Shown: positions 34,260 to 46,077 of the stretch, piece by piece
Layout of the letters: the number at the start of each line of letters is the position of its first letter
How positions within the stretch are numbered: position 1 is the stretch's first letter
Source of the DNA: Chloropicon primus
Lineage: Eukaryota
Direction: 5' to 3'
Assembly (NCBI GenBank): GCA_023205875.1
Contig: CP060754.1
Coordinates: 744,001-808,000, forward strand
DNA: 64,000 nt
The notes under the pieces: model-generated
What the model saw: the letters and a program-made list of their open reading frames with translations, nothing else
Database searches by the model: none
Told to the model about the DNA's origin: nothing
Translations under genes and position numbers: made by a program

Positions 34260-35093
34260 TCAATCCTCGGTCTTCGTCAGGATGTCCTCCGTCTCTTCCT
34301 TCTTACCCGATTTGGCGTCCCTCCCCATGAGTTGAGCCACAACAGGCGTGAGGGCCACCGTTGGCGGGAACCTGATTGGAGACGCAGCCTTGTGGGCGGC
34401 GTAAGCGATGGCGAACCTTCCCACCTTCTCGCTCGTGGAGCTTGGGCTGAGTCCAATCTGGACAACGGGAAAGGGAGAAGAGAGAAAGGGTCAGAACACG
34501 GGTCCGATCGCTCCTGGGTGAAAGGGAAGTGACTCACCTTCTCCAGCAGAGCGGTTATGTCCACCCCGATGGAAACCAAAAAGTAGCACAAGGCGAAGGA
34601 CACGATGGCAAAGGATATCGACGTCACGAGGTACGCTGGACCGTACTTGGTGAGCAAACTCTTCGCATCCGCCTTCTTCTTGCCACCGCTCTTGGTCTTG
34701 TCCGTCAGCGTCTGCAGAAAGCGAAAGAACGGGAGAAAACCGCGCGCGTCCACGAAGCGTCGTCAGTCGAGGCCGGACCCAAAAACACCACCACAAGAGC
34801 TTCCCTCTCTCGCGGGGCGAGGAAAGGGTAGAAAGCACGCGAACGACGCCCACCTTAAACAAGCCATATTCCAGCCCCTTGGTCTTCACAATTGTGTCCT
34901 CCTCCTCCTCCTGCTGTGCGCGAACCACTCCCACTTTCGTCGAGCCCCAGTTGCTCCTGTTGCTTCTTCCGCAGGAGGACGCCCCCTTCCTCTCCAGCCC
35001 TCTCCTCCCCCTCCCCTCCTCCACGCTTCCTCTCGCCCCGCCGCGAGCCACGCACCTCCCGCTCCCTCTATTCACTGTCAAGCCTCTCTGCAT
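34260..35093 (-). CDS. FAM210/DUF1279-like plastid membrane protein (3 exons)
   Basis: KYGPAYLVTSIS and FAIAYAAHKAASPIRFPPTVALTP after removing two GT-AG introns. Confidence 0.85.
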
Positions 35094-35469
35094 CTCTCCC
35101 CCCCCCGTTGCTCTTCTCTCCTTCGCCTTCGTTTCGCTAACAGACCAGGCCTCCGCTCTCTCTGCGCCCCAACGACGACGACGCTGGTCTCCGCATCGGA
35201 GCAAATATGATTTTTTCAGGCTGGGGATCGCATCCCAGGGACAAGAACTGCAAGGCGCCGAGGCGTCACTGGCCTGTCTCAAAGAGAGGACGAGAGGGAG
35301 GCCGAGGGGGGGAGGAATTGGGTTGGGCCAATCGGGGTCAGATACGGAAGCGTCAAGGAAGCATGACTCGCTCTCGGTCTTGCGGAAGAGTGCCCCGGTG
35401 AAACGGAACACGACACTGGATCAAGGTGGTGTGCGTGTCCGAAGCGTCATACAGCAAGACAGGAGACAG

Positions 35470-35506
<37 letters not shown>

Positions 35507-35534
35507 AGAGGCTTGAGGAAGTACGGGAAACACA

Positions 35535-36614
35535 ATGAAGTACAGGTCGAAGAAGTCCATATCAGAGGCGAACGGGGCTCTGGCGAACGGGGCCAGCGGC
35601 CAGGGGGGGGATGCGAAGGGAGCGGTCAGGAAGAGGGCCATCGAGAACGCCTTCTTCTGGGCGCTGAACGTGGGCTCTTCCGTGTCAATTATCATGGTGA
35701 ACAAGCAGCTCATGGGCAGCAGCGGGTACGACTTTTCGTTCGCCACGACTCTTTGCGCGATGCACTACTTTGTGACTTCCATTTGGACCGTCATACAGGC
35801 TCGGTTCTTGTCAGCGAACAAGGGCGTCAGCAAGGGAATAGGGTACGCGGATCTCGTGATCTTCACGATGGTCGCGGACCTGTCGATCATATCGCTGAAC
35901 ACCTCGCTTCAAGTCAACGCCGTCCCTTTCTACCAGATCGCGAAGCTGGGCATCATTCCCTGCACGTGTATGGTGGAGACCATGTGGCTCAAGAAGGTTC
36001 TGACCAAGGAGATGGTCGCTGCCCTGCTTATCGTGATGATCGGGGTGTCCATAGTCACGGTGACGGAGCTCAAGTTCAACACTTCGGCCTTCGGGGTGGT
36101 CGTGGCCCTCATGTCAACCTTCTGCAGCACCATGCAGCAGGTTCTCTGCGGCTACTATCAGAAGAAGAACTCCCTCACAGGCAGCGAGCTTCTTCGGAAG
36201 GTGGCGCCGCTCCAGGCGACCTCAATCGCGGTCATGGCGCCCTTCATGGACTACAACGTGTCGGGGAAGTGGGTCACCAACTACGAGTGGTCCCTCCCCT
36301 CGGCGTCCTGCCTCCTCGTCTCTTGCTGCTTTGCCGTCCTCGTGAACGTCAGCCAGTTCCTGTGCCTGGGAAGGTTCTCCGCTGTATCCTACCAAGTTGT
36401 GGGCCACGCCAAGACAATTTTGGTCCTGCTCATCGGGTGGCTGTGCTTTGGGGGGGTCCTCTCGAGCAATCAGGCGGTGGGCATGACCCTCGCCGTGACG
36501 GGCATGATCCTCTACGGGGTCGCGGGAATGAGGGCAAAAACCAAGGAGCAGTCCTCGAGTGTGCTTCCGGTGACGCACGGGAATGGCGACACGGCAAGAG
36601 CGCAATTGAAGTGA
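35535..36614 (+). CDS. TPT-family nucleotide-sugar transporter (URGT/UXT-like)
   Basis: NVGSSVSIIMVNKQLM, FYQIAKL, SQFLCLGRFSAVSYQVVGHAKT. Confidence 0.9.
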   Translation: MKYRSKKSISEANGALANGASGQGGDAKGAVRKRAIENAFFWALNVGSSVSIIMVNKQLMGSSGYDFSFATTLCAMHYFVTSIWTVIQARFLSANKGVSKGIGYADLVIFTMVADLSIISLNTSLQVNAVPFYQIAKLGIIPCTCMVETMWLKKVLTKEMVAALLIVMIGVSIVTVTELKFNTSAFGVVVALMSTFCSTMQQVLCGYYQKKNSLTGSELLRKVAPLQATSIAVMAPFMDYNVSGKWVTNYEWSLPSASCLLVSCCFAVLVNVSQFLCLGRFSAVSYQVVGHAKTILVLLIGWLCFGGVLSSNQAVGMTLAVTGMILYGVAGMRAKTKEQSSSVLPVTHGNGDTARAQLK

Positions 36615-36704
36615 CCCGCGGTTGCATAGAAGTGGTATGGGTTATCGGTTACAATTTATTATACTTTAAATACAGAAACCAAATCGTTCCTCTCATACAG
36701 GGCG

Positions 36705-37379
36705 CTAGTCGCTGTCGCTTCCGTAGTCTCCCAGCAGACTCAGCCCGCTGGCTACGCCAGCGTCCTGCTTCCGCTTGCCCTCCACCTCCTTCCGCGGGAC
36801 GACTACTGGCTTCACCCTCAGGATGCTCTGCGGCTTCCTTTGCCTCTGGAGAGAAGGTTTGGCGGTCGCCGAGGAGGTGGTCTTCTTGGGGCCCTCGTGC
36901 GTCGTGGTGGCCTGCTCCCTAGCAAGCTGGAACGCCAGGAGCTCCGTCTCCTCCTCGGCTTTTCGGGAGTCCTCGACCTTCCTCTTCTTCGCCTCCACGG
37001 ACTCGAGGAACTCGAGCTCGTCCGCATCCAGGGGCCTGTTCTTCCCCTGCTTCATCAGCTTCCACTGCTCCTGGAACTCGTCGTTCTTCTGCTGCTTCCT
37101 CTCGTGGAGGACCTGCGAGAGGGGCTTCGAGGACTCGGCCCCCGCACCGCCCCCCTCCTTGTTCTTGATCTCCTCCACCTGGCTCTCCGTCACGAACTTC
37201 ACGCTCCCCAGGGCCTCCTTCACCGCGTTCGTCACCGCGTTCGCCTCGTTCTCACTCGCTGCCTTGAGCTCCGTCGGGAACACGGACTCCGCGTCTCGCC
37301 CGAGGATGGCTTCCCTTTCGAACACCTGCTCCTCCCGCTCCACCCGCACCATCCCAACCTTCCGCCTTTCACCTTCCAT
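36705..37379 (-). CDS. FAM192A/PSME3IP1 (NIP30/Fyv6-like) nuclear protein
   Basis: KFVTESQVEE, KPLSQVLHERKQQKNDEFQE, RPLDADELEFL; C-terminal LLGDYGSDSD. Confidence 0.85.
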   Translation of the reverse strand: MEGERRKVGMVRVEREEQVFEREAILGRDAESVFPTELKAASENEANAVTNAVKEALGSVKFVTESQVEEIKNKEGGGAGAESSKPLSQVLHERKQQKNDEFQEQWKLMKQGKNRPLDADELEFLESVEAKKRKVEDSRKAEEETELLAFQLAREQATTTHEGPKKTTSSATAKPSLQRQRKPQSILRVKPVVVPRKEVEGKRKQDAGVASGLSLLGDYGSDSD

Positions 37380-37554
37380 TGCGAGACACACTCACACACA
37401 CACACACACACTCTCCAGACCCCCTCCTCCCGCTCCAGGAGCTGCTGATAGCTGGGGGTCGAGTCGAGACCCTTGGCGAAGGAAGGAAGGTGGGGTGGGG
37501 AGAGGCGGGCACTTCGGGTCGAGAGGGAAGACTCGTGTATGCGGGCTACTTGAG

Positions 37555-39287
37555 ATGCAGAAACTGATATCGAGTAGGGTGTTGCACGCCAAGAGGAACA
37601 GGAGGGGGAGGGAGAACATTATCTCCTGGATAGTGATCGTGCTGACAGTGGCCGCACTCATTGGGGTAAGATTGGATTCGAGCGAACGCGTCACTCGCCT
37701 CGGGGACCGCATTCCGGCCACTCCGACCGACTGAGGGACTCTCCTTTTCCTGACGTTGCGGCTCCGCTTGGTGGCCTTTCTTGCCTCGTCTCGTCTCGTC
37801 TCGTTTTCACGTCGGTGGTGGTGGCTCAGTATGTTCTGTGGGACGGCTACCGGGGCGCCGGGAGGGGCATGGGGTCCTTGGTCCTTGGTCCTCCTTCCTC
37901 GCACCTGCCGCACCACGTCCTGGTGGTCGACTGCGGGAGCACGGGCACGAGGCTGAACATCATCGGGAGGGTTGGGGGCGACGAGGGCGAAGAGTCCTTC
38001 CGCGCAGTGGGCTGGGAGGAGTTCAAGGTGCCCTTCCCAGGGTACACGCCGAAAAAGCACGGATACAACCGGCTGGAGACGATGCCTGGGATCCACCACA
38101 CGGCGGCGGGGGGCCTGAAGGAGGTGAAGGCCGCGCTCGAGCCGCTTTTGGACTGGGCCAAGGAGGCCCTGCGGGGGTCCGGCGACCTGGGGGAGGTCCC
38201 GATCCTGCTCTTCGCGACGGCGGGGGTGAGGAAGCTCGAGGCGGGTAAGCAGAAGGCCCTGATGGGCCACGTGCGCCACGTGCTGTCGTCCTCCGGGTTC
38301 AGGTTCCAGCCGGAGTGGGCCAGGATCATCACGGGGGAGGACGAGGGCATCTTCAGCTGGGTGAGCTCCAACTACAAGCTGGGGAACTTTGGTCCCGCGG
38401 CAGCCGGGGCCATGAACGTCCTCGAGCTCGGGGGCTCGTCCCTGCAGGCGTCCTACGTCGTGGACAGCGCGGGGGAGGGGGACACCAAGCCGGTGAAGGT
38501 CCTGGATCGGACCTACAACCTGCGGGTCAAGTCCTTCAACGGGTACGGCATGAACGACGCCTTCAACTCGAGCTTGTACCACCTCCTGAGCGAAGGCGGC
38601 GTCGTCGTCCACCCGTGCTTCCAGGCGGGCTTCTCCTTCGAACCGGGGGAGTTGGACGTGAGGTACGAGGGTGGGTTCGACGCCGACAAGTGCCGGCGGG
38701 TGATCAAGGGGGGCCTCCCCAACGAGTCCGTGCGGGGGTACCACGAGGGGGTCCGGGGGGCCAGGGCGGACTACATCGCCCTCGCGGGCTTCTACCTCGT
38801 GTACAGCTTCTTCGAGATCGACCTGACGACGCCCCTTTCGGAGGCCTTCGAGCGGATGGCCTCCATCTGCGCCTTCCCGTTCGAGGAAGGGTTCACCGAG
38901 GAGGAGAGGGGGGACAAGAACGCGGGGCTGTACTGCTTCAGGTCGGTCTATGTAGACGTTATTCTCAGGGAATGGATGGGGCTCGCCCAGGTGAAGGTGT
39001 ACGACGAGTCCGAGTGGGCGCTGGGAGCCGCGATCCTTTTGCACCACGAGCTGGACGACGAGGAGAGGGAGAGGAGGAGGATAGAGGTGGGGGTGGAGGT
39101 GGGGGCCCGCTGGGGGGTCAGGGGCCTCCTGGCCGCCTTGCTGGCCCTCGGGATGGTCCTGGCCGGTGTGGCCCTGGTCCTCAAGGCCGCCCTCTTCTCC
39201 TCCCGAGGAGGCCGGCGGGGGGTGGCCGACGGCGGCCAGGACTTTCTCCTCCCCGTCTGGAGGAGCGACTTCAACAAGGACCCGTGA
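37555..39287 (+). CDS. GDA1/CD39 apyrase with N- and C-terminal TM segments; intron 37666-37829
   Basis: Apyrase conserved regions DCGSTGTR, ATAGVR, ITGEDEG, ELGGSSLQ and WALGA. Confidence 0.9.
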
Positions 39288-39630
39288 GAGGCGTGGAGGA
39301 GACATGGGGGGAACGACGACGACTCATGTATGGAAAGGGGGAGGGAGGGGGATTACCTTATTGTTGTTCACTTGCTTATTGGGAAATATCTTGATCTCGG
39401 TGCCCTCATTGCCTTATTTTGTTGTTTTAGGTTTCAGGGCCGCTTTGATCTGGCTGGCTTGTCCTTGGGATGAGTGACTCTATCTGCGGTGGTTGTCTCG
39501 ACAGTTGGGCTTGGGCTCGCCCGAGATTTTTTGCCTTTTCAAAATCGCACGTGCGTGGTAACGGCCGGGCGTGGGGCGAGGTCAAACGCACTTGACCGCC
39601 GACGGAACGTGTTGTGTTGTTTTGAGGGAG

Positions 39631-39987
39631 ATGGCTTCGGGGAGGAGTTCGAAGAGCAGCAGCGCGTCGAGCGTGCTGGGTTCTCTGTCGTCGGGCTCGC
39701 CGTTCACGCCTCACCCGGCTCTGAAGCTTGGGGACAGCGTGCAGAGCGAGGACCTTGACCACCGGGAGCGTGCGTCCCTGGGGTCTTCGCGGGACTCAGG
39801 GACGCCGGTGATGCCCCACTACAAGGACGTGGTCGCGTCGGCGCCCCGCCCTCGCCGTCGCACCGGGGAGGACGAGGACGAGTGGCTGAGCGACCAGACC
39901 CAGGACGGGTCGCCGCACACGCCGCAGAAGGAGGCCCTGCTACTCGAGTACTACTGGTCGCACTACTGGTGGAGGAGCGTGGCCTGA
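39631..39987 (+). CDS. Small Ser-rich hypothetical protein with aromatic C-terminus
   Basis: ATG at 39631, coding-like GC3 bias, followed by an AT-rich 3' region. Confidence 0.55.
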   Translation: MASGRSSKSSSASSVLGSLSSGSPFTPHPALKLGDSVQSEDLDHRERASLGSSRDSGTPVMPHYKDVVASAPRPRRRTGEDEDEWLSDQTQDGSPHTPQKEALLLEYYWSHYWWRSVA

Positions 39988-40155
39988 CGCGAGCTTCTCG
40001 AAGGCGATTCGGGTGGGTTTTGGGCTTCTATTGTATTCACGGGGTGTAAGTTTAATTGATTGTATATTCTCTATTCACAAACAACGAGCGAGGGCGTTTA
40101 GAGCCTCCCTCCCTCCTCTCCCTCCTCTCCCTCCTCTCCCTCCTCTCCCTCTCCT

Positions 40156-40199
<44 letters not shown>

Positions 40200-40224
40200 C
40201 AACGAGCAGCAGCAAACAGGACTA

Positions 40225-41410
40225 CTAGTCCTCGCCCACCTGCTCGCCGGTGTAGGGCCTCCCTTCCACCACAAAATCGTTCGGAGGGCTCACCTCCTGG
40301 AGGACCACCACGTTGTTCCCCAGTCGCTTCCCCAAGCCACCGAGTTCCCCAAGCGCGATCTCCCTGTAGTACGCGATCTCCCTGCCCTCCCCCGAGTCGT
40401 AGGGGGGTCCGAGGACGTCCAGGATGGCGCAGCTCTCCTCCGCGTAAAACCGGTGGATGTTCGCCTTCTCCGAGAAGCAGGCCACGGGGCCGTCCCCCTC
40501 CGAGATGATCTCGTCCCTCACTTTCCTGGCGTACAGGGTGTCCGGCGCCTCCAGGGCCTGCATGCTGGACTCCAGGTCAGGGGCCTTGTCGTACGCCTCC
40601 AGGTGCACTTTGCCGTAGAGGACCTTGGAGCACACCGTCATGTCCGGGTGGTTGTGGATTGGAATATCGCAGTTCTCCGGGATGCAGAATATTCCCACCG
40701 TGAAGTCTCGACACTCATAAATATGGTGGTAAGTGATGGGAGGTCTTCGTCGCGAGCCCTGGTGTCAGTCCGAACGTCCAAACGCGCGTGCCGGGGATTT
40801 ACTGGCGCTCCTCACACTCACCTGCTCTTTCGTTGCTCCTGGGGAGACATCCTAAGCAGTCTCTCCGTCCTGCACCGCTCCTGAGACGCAAAGCAAGTTC
40901 GACACGAGAGTTAGCACGACGCCAAACAAGAATCTCTCTCCCTCCCTCCCTCCCTCTCCCTCTCTCTCGATGTGGTCACCCGAAAACGGTGGATGGAGCC
41001 TTGCCAAAACTCACCTCCCCTGCCTTCTTCGTGAGGCCGACCTGTGCTACCGTTATTCTCTCTGCTCCAGCGCAAACCAAGTCGAAAGGGAGACGTGTCA
41101 GTGCCGAGCCATACAGTCAGAGTGCTTGGGGGGCGCACCACGCACCTAGTGATGTCAGAATTCCTTCAACGTCCTTTTCTGTTATCTTGTGCGGAGGCGG
41201 TCGCTTCGAGAATATCCCCCTCGCCGCCTCCACCACGTCCGCCACGGGCGAGTTCGAAGCCGCCATGGCCGTCTGCGCTGTTCTCATGTGCGCTGCGAAG
41301 CGTCTCTGCGACAGCAACGGGGACTCGTCTCGCTCTCCTCTCACTCTTACGGTGCTCCGTACAAGGGTTTTTGCTCTGAAAGTAGCCGCTCTCTTCAGCC
41401 ACCCACTCAT
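40225..41410 (-). CDS. PCO: Plant cysteine oxidase/ADO-family thiol dioxygenase (4 exons)
   Basis: PITYHHIYEC, GIFCIP, IPIHNHPDMTVCSKVLYG, NIHRF, AILDVLGPPY; upstream exons give LERITVAQVGL. Confidence 0.88.
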
Positions 41411-41667
41411 GCCCGAAGAGGAATCATACCAAGAGCCCAAGGCCCGGCACCACACGAATACTTCCTGGGCCCCCTTCCCTCGCTCCTGGCGCCACAAGTC
41501 CCTCCAGCCTCGTGGTTGTCTGTGACCGCCGTCCCGCTCTCTGGCATCTGCGGTTGATCGTGGATGGGGCAGACCGGAAATCAAGCGATATGGCGGACGG
41601 ATCGATCGCGAGAGGGAGACTTTGCCCATTGCTAATCATCATTATCAATCATAAATAATTTAGTGTT

Positions 41668-43991
41668 CTACCTGAGAAAGCCGGACAAGGCGTGCTTCTT
41701 CCTCTCCAGGGACTCGGTGATTGCCCAGGCTGCAATCGTGCCGTCGGTGGCCCCTGTGTAGACCCGGGTGCTGTCCTCTGTCCCAAAGGCCACGCGGGAC
41801 ACCGAGCCGGGTTGGGCCTCGTCCAGCTGGGAGAAGGTGCACAGGCAGGTCCCGAACTGGGGGCCGCCGTGGGCGTGGGCGGACCAGAGCTTGATGCTGG
41901 TCGCGCCAAAGGGGCCTTTCGAACCGGAGACGAGGTACCTCTGGTCCGGGGACACTGCGATGGATGTGGGCCACGTCCCGGGGGCGTGCTGGCCGAAGAA
42001 GGTTTTGACGCACCTGCGGGTCGAGGTGTCCCACGCCCTTATGCTGTTGTCAGACGAGCAGCTGTAGAGAAACTTCCCGGAGACGCAGAGGTCGTGGACC
42101 CCCGCCGTGTGACCCGCGAGCGTGCCCCTCAACTCCGAGGTCTCCAGGTCCCACTCCAAGATCACCTTGTCGTACGACCCCGAGTACAGGACGCGATCCC
42201 CCTCGCCCATGGCCAGCGACAGCACGTCGGACTGGTGGCCCGCCAAGCTCCCCAGACTTCTCCCCTCGCTCAAGTCGTAGCACTTTATTTGGAAATCACC
42301 CTTGCCCGGAGCCCCGTAGTAGACCCGGCCCGCGCCCTTGGCCAAGGCGCAGGCCCGGGTGCTCCTGGAAACCTTGATCAAGGTTTCCAGGCGGTCCCTC
42401 TTCGCCCTCCTCTCCCGCCTCACCCTGCGTATCGTCTCTTCGTCGTCGTACGCCACGTTCTCGGACATGGGGAACGTTACGACTTCAAAGATCACGTCCT
42501 CTCTGTAGTAACCGATGCCGTACTCGCCCTTCCTGAACACGTATCCTTTCCTCTTCCCCCGGAACCCGGACTCTGCCACGAACTTGGGTTCCTCGGTCTC
42601 GAGGGGCCGGGGGAAAAGCTCGGCGGCACCTCCCACGCCGATCTCTGCCTCAGACTCGCCCAGGTCGATCACTGACGTCCTCTCCGCGGTCTCAAAGTCG
42701 AACGCAAAGGCTTTCCCCTCCCCCGACACGCAGATGAGGTCCTTCTTCGTCGCCTCATTCCGCCCCATCGACCTCACGGTAGCCCCAGGGCACCTGAAAG
42801 ACTTTTGCAGCGAACCATCCGAGGCCCAGACCTTCGCCGTGACCCCCCTGTCCGCGTCTTCCGGGTTCGGCTTCTCGCATCCGCTGAAAAGTAGACCGCT
42901 GTGCCGGTCCACTTGGAGGAAGGACACCGCGGCCGCGTGAGCGCTCACGTACCACGCGCACTCCACGTTCACCTTCCTCTCCGAATGCTTTTTGCTTCTG
43001 TGCCTGAATGAAGGGACCACCTCCACATTCTCGCCCCCTTTCCCTGCGCTGCCGCTCGCCTCCAGGCCGCGCAGAGTCAGGGCCGCGGCCTCCTTTCTCA
43101 GGAGGTCTCCCAGCACCGCGCCTGTTGGAGGTCCAACTTTCTTCTCCTCGAGGTTCCTCCGGACGCCCTCACTTTGGTTGTCGAGCGGCCTCGCAGACCT
43201 GCCGATGACACCTAATTGTTGCCCGATGGCGCCGTCCTTGCTCTTGTCGTACAAGCTGCGCGGTGTCGAGGAGAATTGCACAAAGCGGATGCCATCGTCC
43301 TTGCCTTTGCGGGGACGAACGTCGAGCGCGCCGAGTCAGTCGTTCGGCGATTGGCCGTCGTGCGATCATCGTGTCGCTTACCTTCCACAGCAGGAACAAG
43401 CCCCCTGAGGTGAACGAAGGGCCTTTCTCGCGAGCCCGCGTCCACCCAACCGACTCTCCTCGTCCACCACTTGCCGGGTTGAGCCTCCCTTCCGTGGTAC
43501 ACCTTCAACCAGTCCCCGTCGAACAAAATCACGTCGAAGAGCTCCCCGAGCTTGAGCCCCCCCAGCGTCGTGGACTCTGCCCAAGGCTCGCTCTTCACCT
43601 CCACCCCCCCGGCCGTCACCTCGAACAACGCAGGGAGCAAGGGCAGAACACTTCTCTCCCGTTCGTCGCTCGTCTCGGGTATCCACGCACTCTTCCACGA
43701 GGACCCTGGAGGTGTCTGCGCGCGGCCGGACAGCCGCAGGCAAAGCCAACCCCGAGGATCGCGGCTCGCAACCTAGAACAAAGGTCAGGGACGAACATGC
43801 TCGAAACAGACAAACGCCAACAACCCATCCATTGGAGGGCGTTACTCTTGGCTTACCTCCACTATCGCGCCCTCCACTATCGGAGCCACGGCATCTGCGC
43901 CTCTCTCGGGCTTTTCCCTGGCCACAAGGAACGGTCGAGCGACGACGCGCACCAGGCTCGGGGCCTCCTCCTCCCTCGCGGTCACCTCCAT
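41668..43991 (-). CDS. WD40-repeat protein with two N-terminal SH3-like beta modules; exons 43991-43857, 43772-43382, 43304-41668
   Basis: GH...WD repeats (LAGHQSDV, LYSGSYDKVILEWD, SCSSDNSIRAWD); two phase-consistent introns. Confidence 0.78.
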
Positions 43992-44296
43992 CCTTCTGCT
44001 GAGTCTGCTCCCCTTCCGAACGAGCGAACGAGCGTTTTTTTCTTCTCCTGGCCAGAGAAGATCTCCAATCAAACGTGTGGCAGCCAAGCAAAAGGGCGAG
44101 CACCAGGGACGACAAGGTGAGTCCGGGACGAACGAACGCAGGGGTGAGGATGGCTCGCAGAACTCGTCCTCTTCCGCTCGTGTGACCCCTTGTAAGACTA
44201 AGTCTTGCTTCCGTTCTGTTCTGTTTTTTGTTCTTGTTGTTGTTGTTGTTGTTGAACTGCAGGACAAGGGGAGGCCAGTCGAGACAGCGAGGAGGG

Positions 44297-45313
44297 ATGG
44301 CGAGGGGGTTTGGCGCGTGCTTGGCCTCGACGTCGGGAAGGCCGGTGCCATCGACGGTGGCGGTGGGGTTGAGGGGGAGTCACCTACGGAGGTCTTCTCT
44401 GTCTGCTGCGCAGGCGGACAAGGGGGTCTCCGCGCAGAGGATCCAGGCAGAGGTCGATGCGGGCCGGAGGGGCACGGCGACCGAACTGGCGAGGGAGCTG
44501 AAGAAGGCGGGGGTGCTGGAAGGCTTCGGGGGTGCGAGGCTCGTTCCCAAGAGGTCTTACACCCTGGAAGAGCTCCGGTTGAACAAGATTGAGCCGACGG
44601 CCTTGCTGTCCCCAAGGGAGGATTACCTGGGCAAGATCAGTTCCTACTGCCAGAGGGCATACCTGACCGGTATCCTCAGCGGGTGCTTCGTTTTCCACTG
44701 GGACGTCACAAACGTTTTCTACGTCGGCGCATTCTCCCTCGGACTCGTGACTATTGACAAGGTTGGCTACAACGGGGGCATCGAGTTCCTCGTGGTTGAG
44801 ACAATTGGGCGAATGCTCAGCAGGGCGTACGTCGAGAGAGTCAGCAGGCACGAGGCGGGACACTTTCTCGTTGCTTACATGATGGGCGTACTTCCCAGCG
44901 GTTACACACTTAGCGCGTGGAACGCCCTGAAGAACAACAAGACCTTGGGCGTTCAAGCGGGAACGGCTTTTTGCGACGACGACTTTCAGAAGGAGGTCGC
45001 CTCCGGCAAGCTCAGCTCGGGAATCTTGGACAAGTTCTGTTGCATCGCTTTGGCTGGGGTGGCCCAGGAGTTCATCGATCACGGGAACGCCGAGGGAGGG
45101 ATGAACGACATCAGGCAGCTGGACTTCCTGCTTAGTGGGCTCGGGTTCACCCAGAAGAAGGCCGACGACCAGATCAGGTGGTCCACCCTGAACACTGTCC
45201 TGCTGCTTCGGCAGAACCAGAACGTCATCGACAAACTTGCAAAGGAGATGGTCGCGGACTCTCCCCTCTCCAAGTGCCTGCTGACGGTGGAGCAGAACCT
45301 GGTCCTCTCGTAA
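44297..45313 (+). CDS. Plastid membrane protein with HEAGH zinc-protease-like motif (VIR3/M41-like, no ATPase domain)
   Basis: VPKRSYTLEELRLNKIEP, RHEAGHFLVAYMMG, LAGVAQE, EGGMNDI. Confidence 0.85.
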   Translation: MARGFGACLASTSGRPVPSTVAVGLRGSHLRRSSLSAAQADKGVSAQRIQAEVDAGRRGTATELARELKKAGVLEGFGGARLVPKRSYTLEELRLNKIEPTALLSPREDYLGKISSYCQRAYLTGILSGCFVFHWDVTNVFYVGAFSLGLVTIDKVGYNGGIEFLVVETIGRMLSRAYVERVSRHEAGHFLVAYMMGVLPSGYTLSAWNALKNNKTLGVQAGTAFCDDDFQKEVASGKLSSGILDKFCCIALAGVAQEFIDHGNAEGGMNDIRQLDFLLSGLGFTQKKADDQIRWSTLNTVLLLRQNQNVIDKLAKEMVADSPLSKCLLTVEQNLVLS

Positions 45314-45484
45314 CTTTGGTCGCTGTCATTGCGATTCTTAGAGCAAGGTGCACAATAAATTGATTTATTTTCTCGAGTTGCGGCCGCCTATCATCTCTCT
45401 TTCTCTTTCTCCCTCCCCCCCTCTCTCAAGTCTCACCCCCAGGGGGTCGGCCCTAATCCCAGGGACCCGCCCCCCCCCAAAACA

Positions 45485-45971
45485 CTAGTCGAAGTAGGAC
45501 TTGAGCGCGGCCTCCAGGTCGCCCTTCATCTCCCTGAGCCGGAGCTCGGCGGCCTTCTTGTCGATGGCGAACTCGTTCGCTATCACTTCGACATCCTCCG
45601 CGCTGATCTTCACCGCAGCGAGCTCCTTCTCCCTCTTTCGCTGCGCCTCCCGGTTCGCCTTGTCCGCCTCCGCGAGCGCAACCATAGCCTTGTGGACCTT
45701 GTTCTCGTCGAGCTGCCGTTCCTCCACCTGCACGCAAAGAGAAGAGGGATCGAAGCCAAGCATAGACGCAAACACAACTTCAGTCAGAAACACGAAGGAC
45801 CACGCCTCCCCTTTTGGATCCAGTCTGCTGGAGGTACGCAAGAGTAGTTTTCTGAGAGCAAGGAAAAGGGAAGTCGCTACTCACGTGGTCCGTCACTCTC
45901 TCCAAAGCCTGCGCAGCCTGCTGGGACTCCTTGTTCGAGTCATCCCGAACTTCTCCTTCGTGGGAACCCAT
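45485..45971 (-). CDS. HYPK: Huntingtin-interacting protein K-like; intron 45884-45728
   Basis: LERVTDHVEERQLD, REKELAAVKISAEDVEVIANEF and a UBA-like end (AELRLREMKGDLEAAL). Confidence 0.88.
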
Positions 45972-46077
45972 CACGCCCCAATCCTCAACTCCAGTTCACC
46001 CCCTTGCCGCGCGCGCGCCCTTCTCTCTGGTTCTCAAATTGGGGGAGGACAGGCAGAGGGGGGGAAGAAACACAAGG

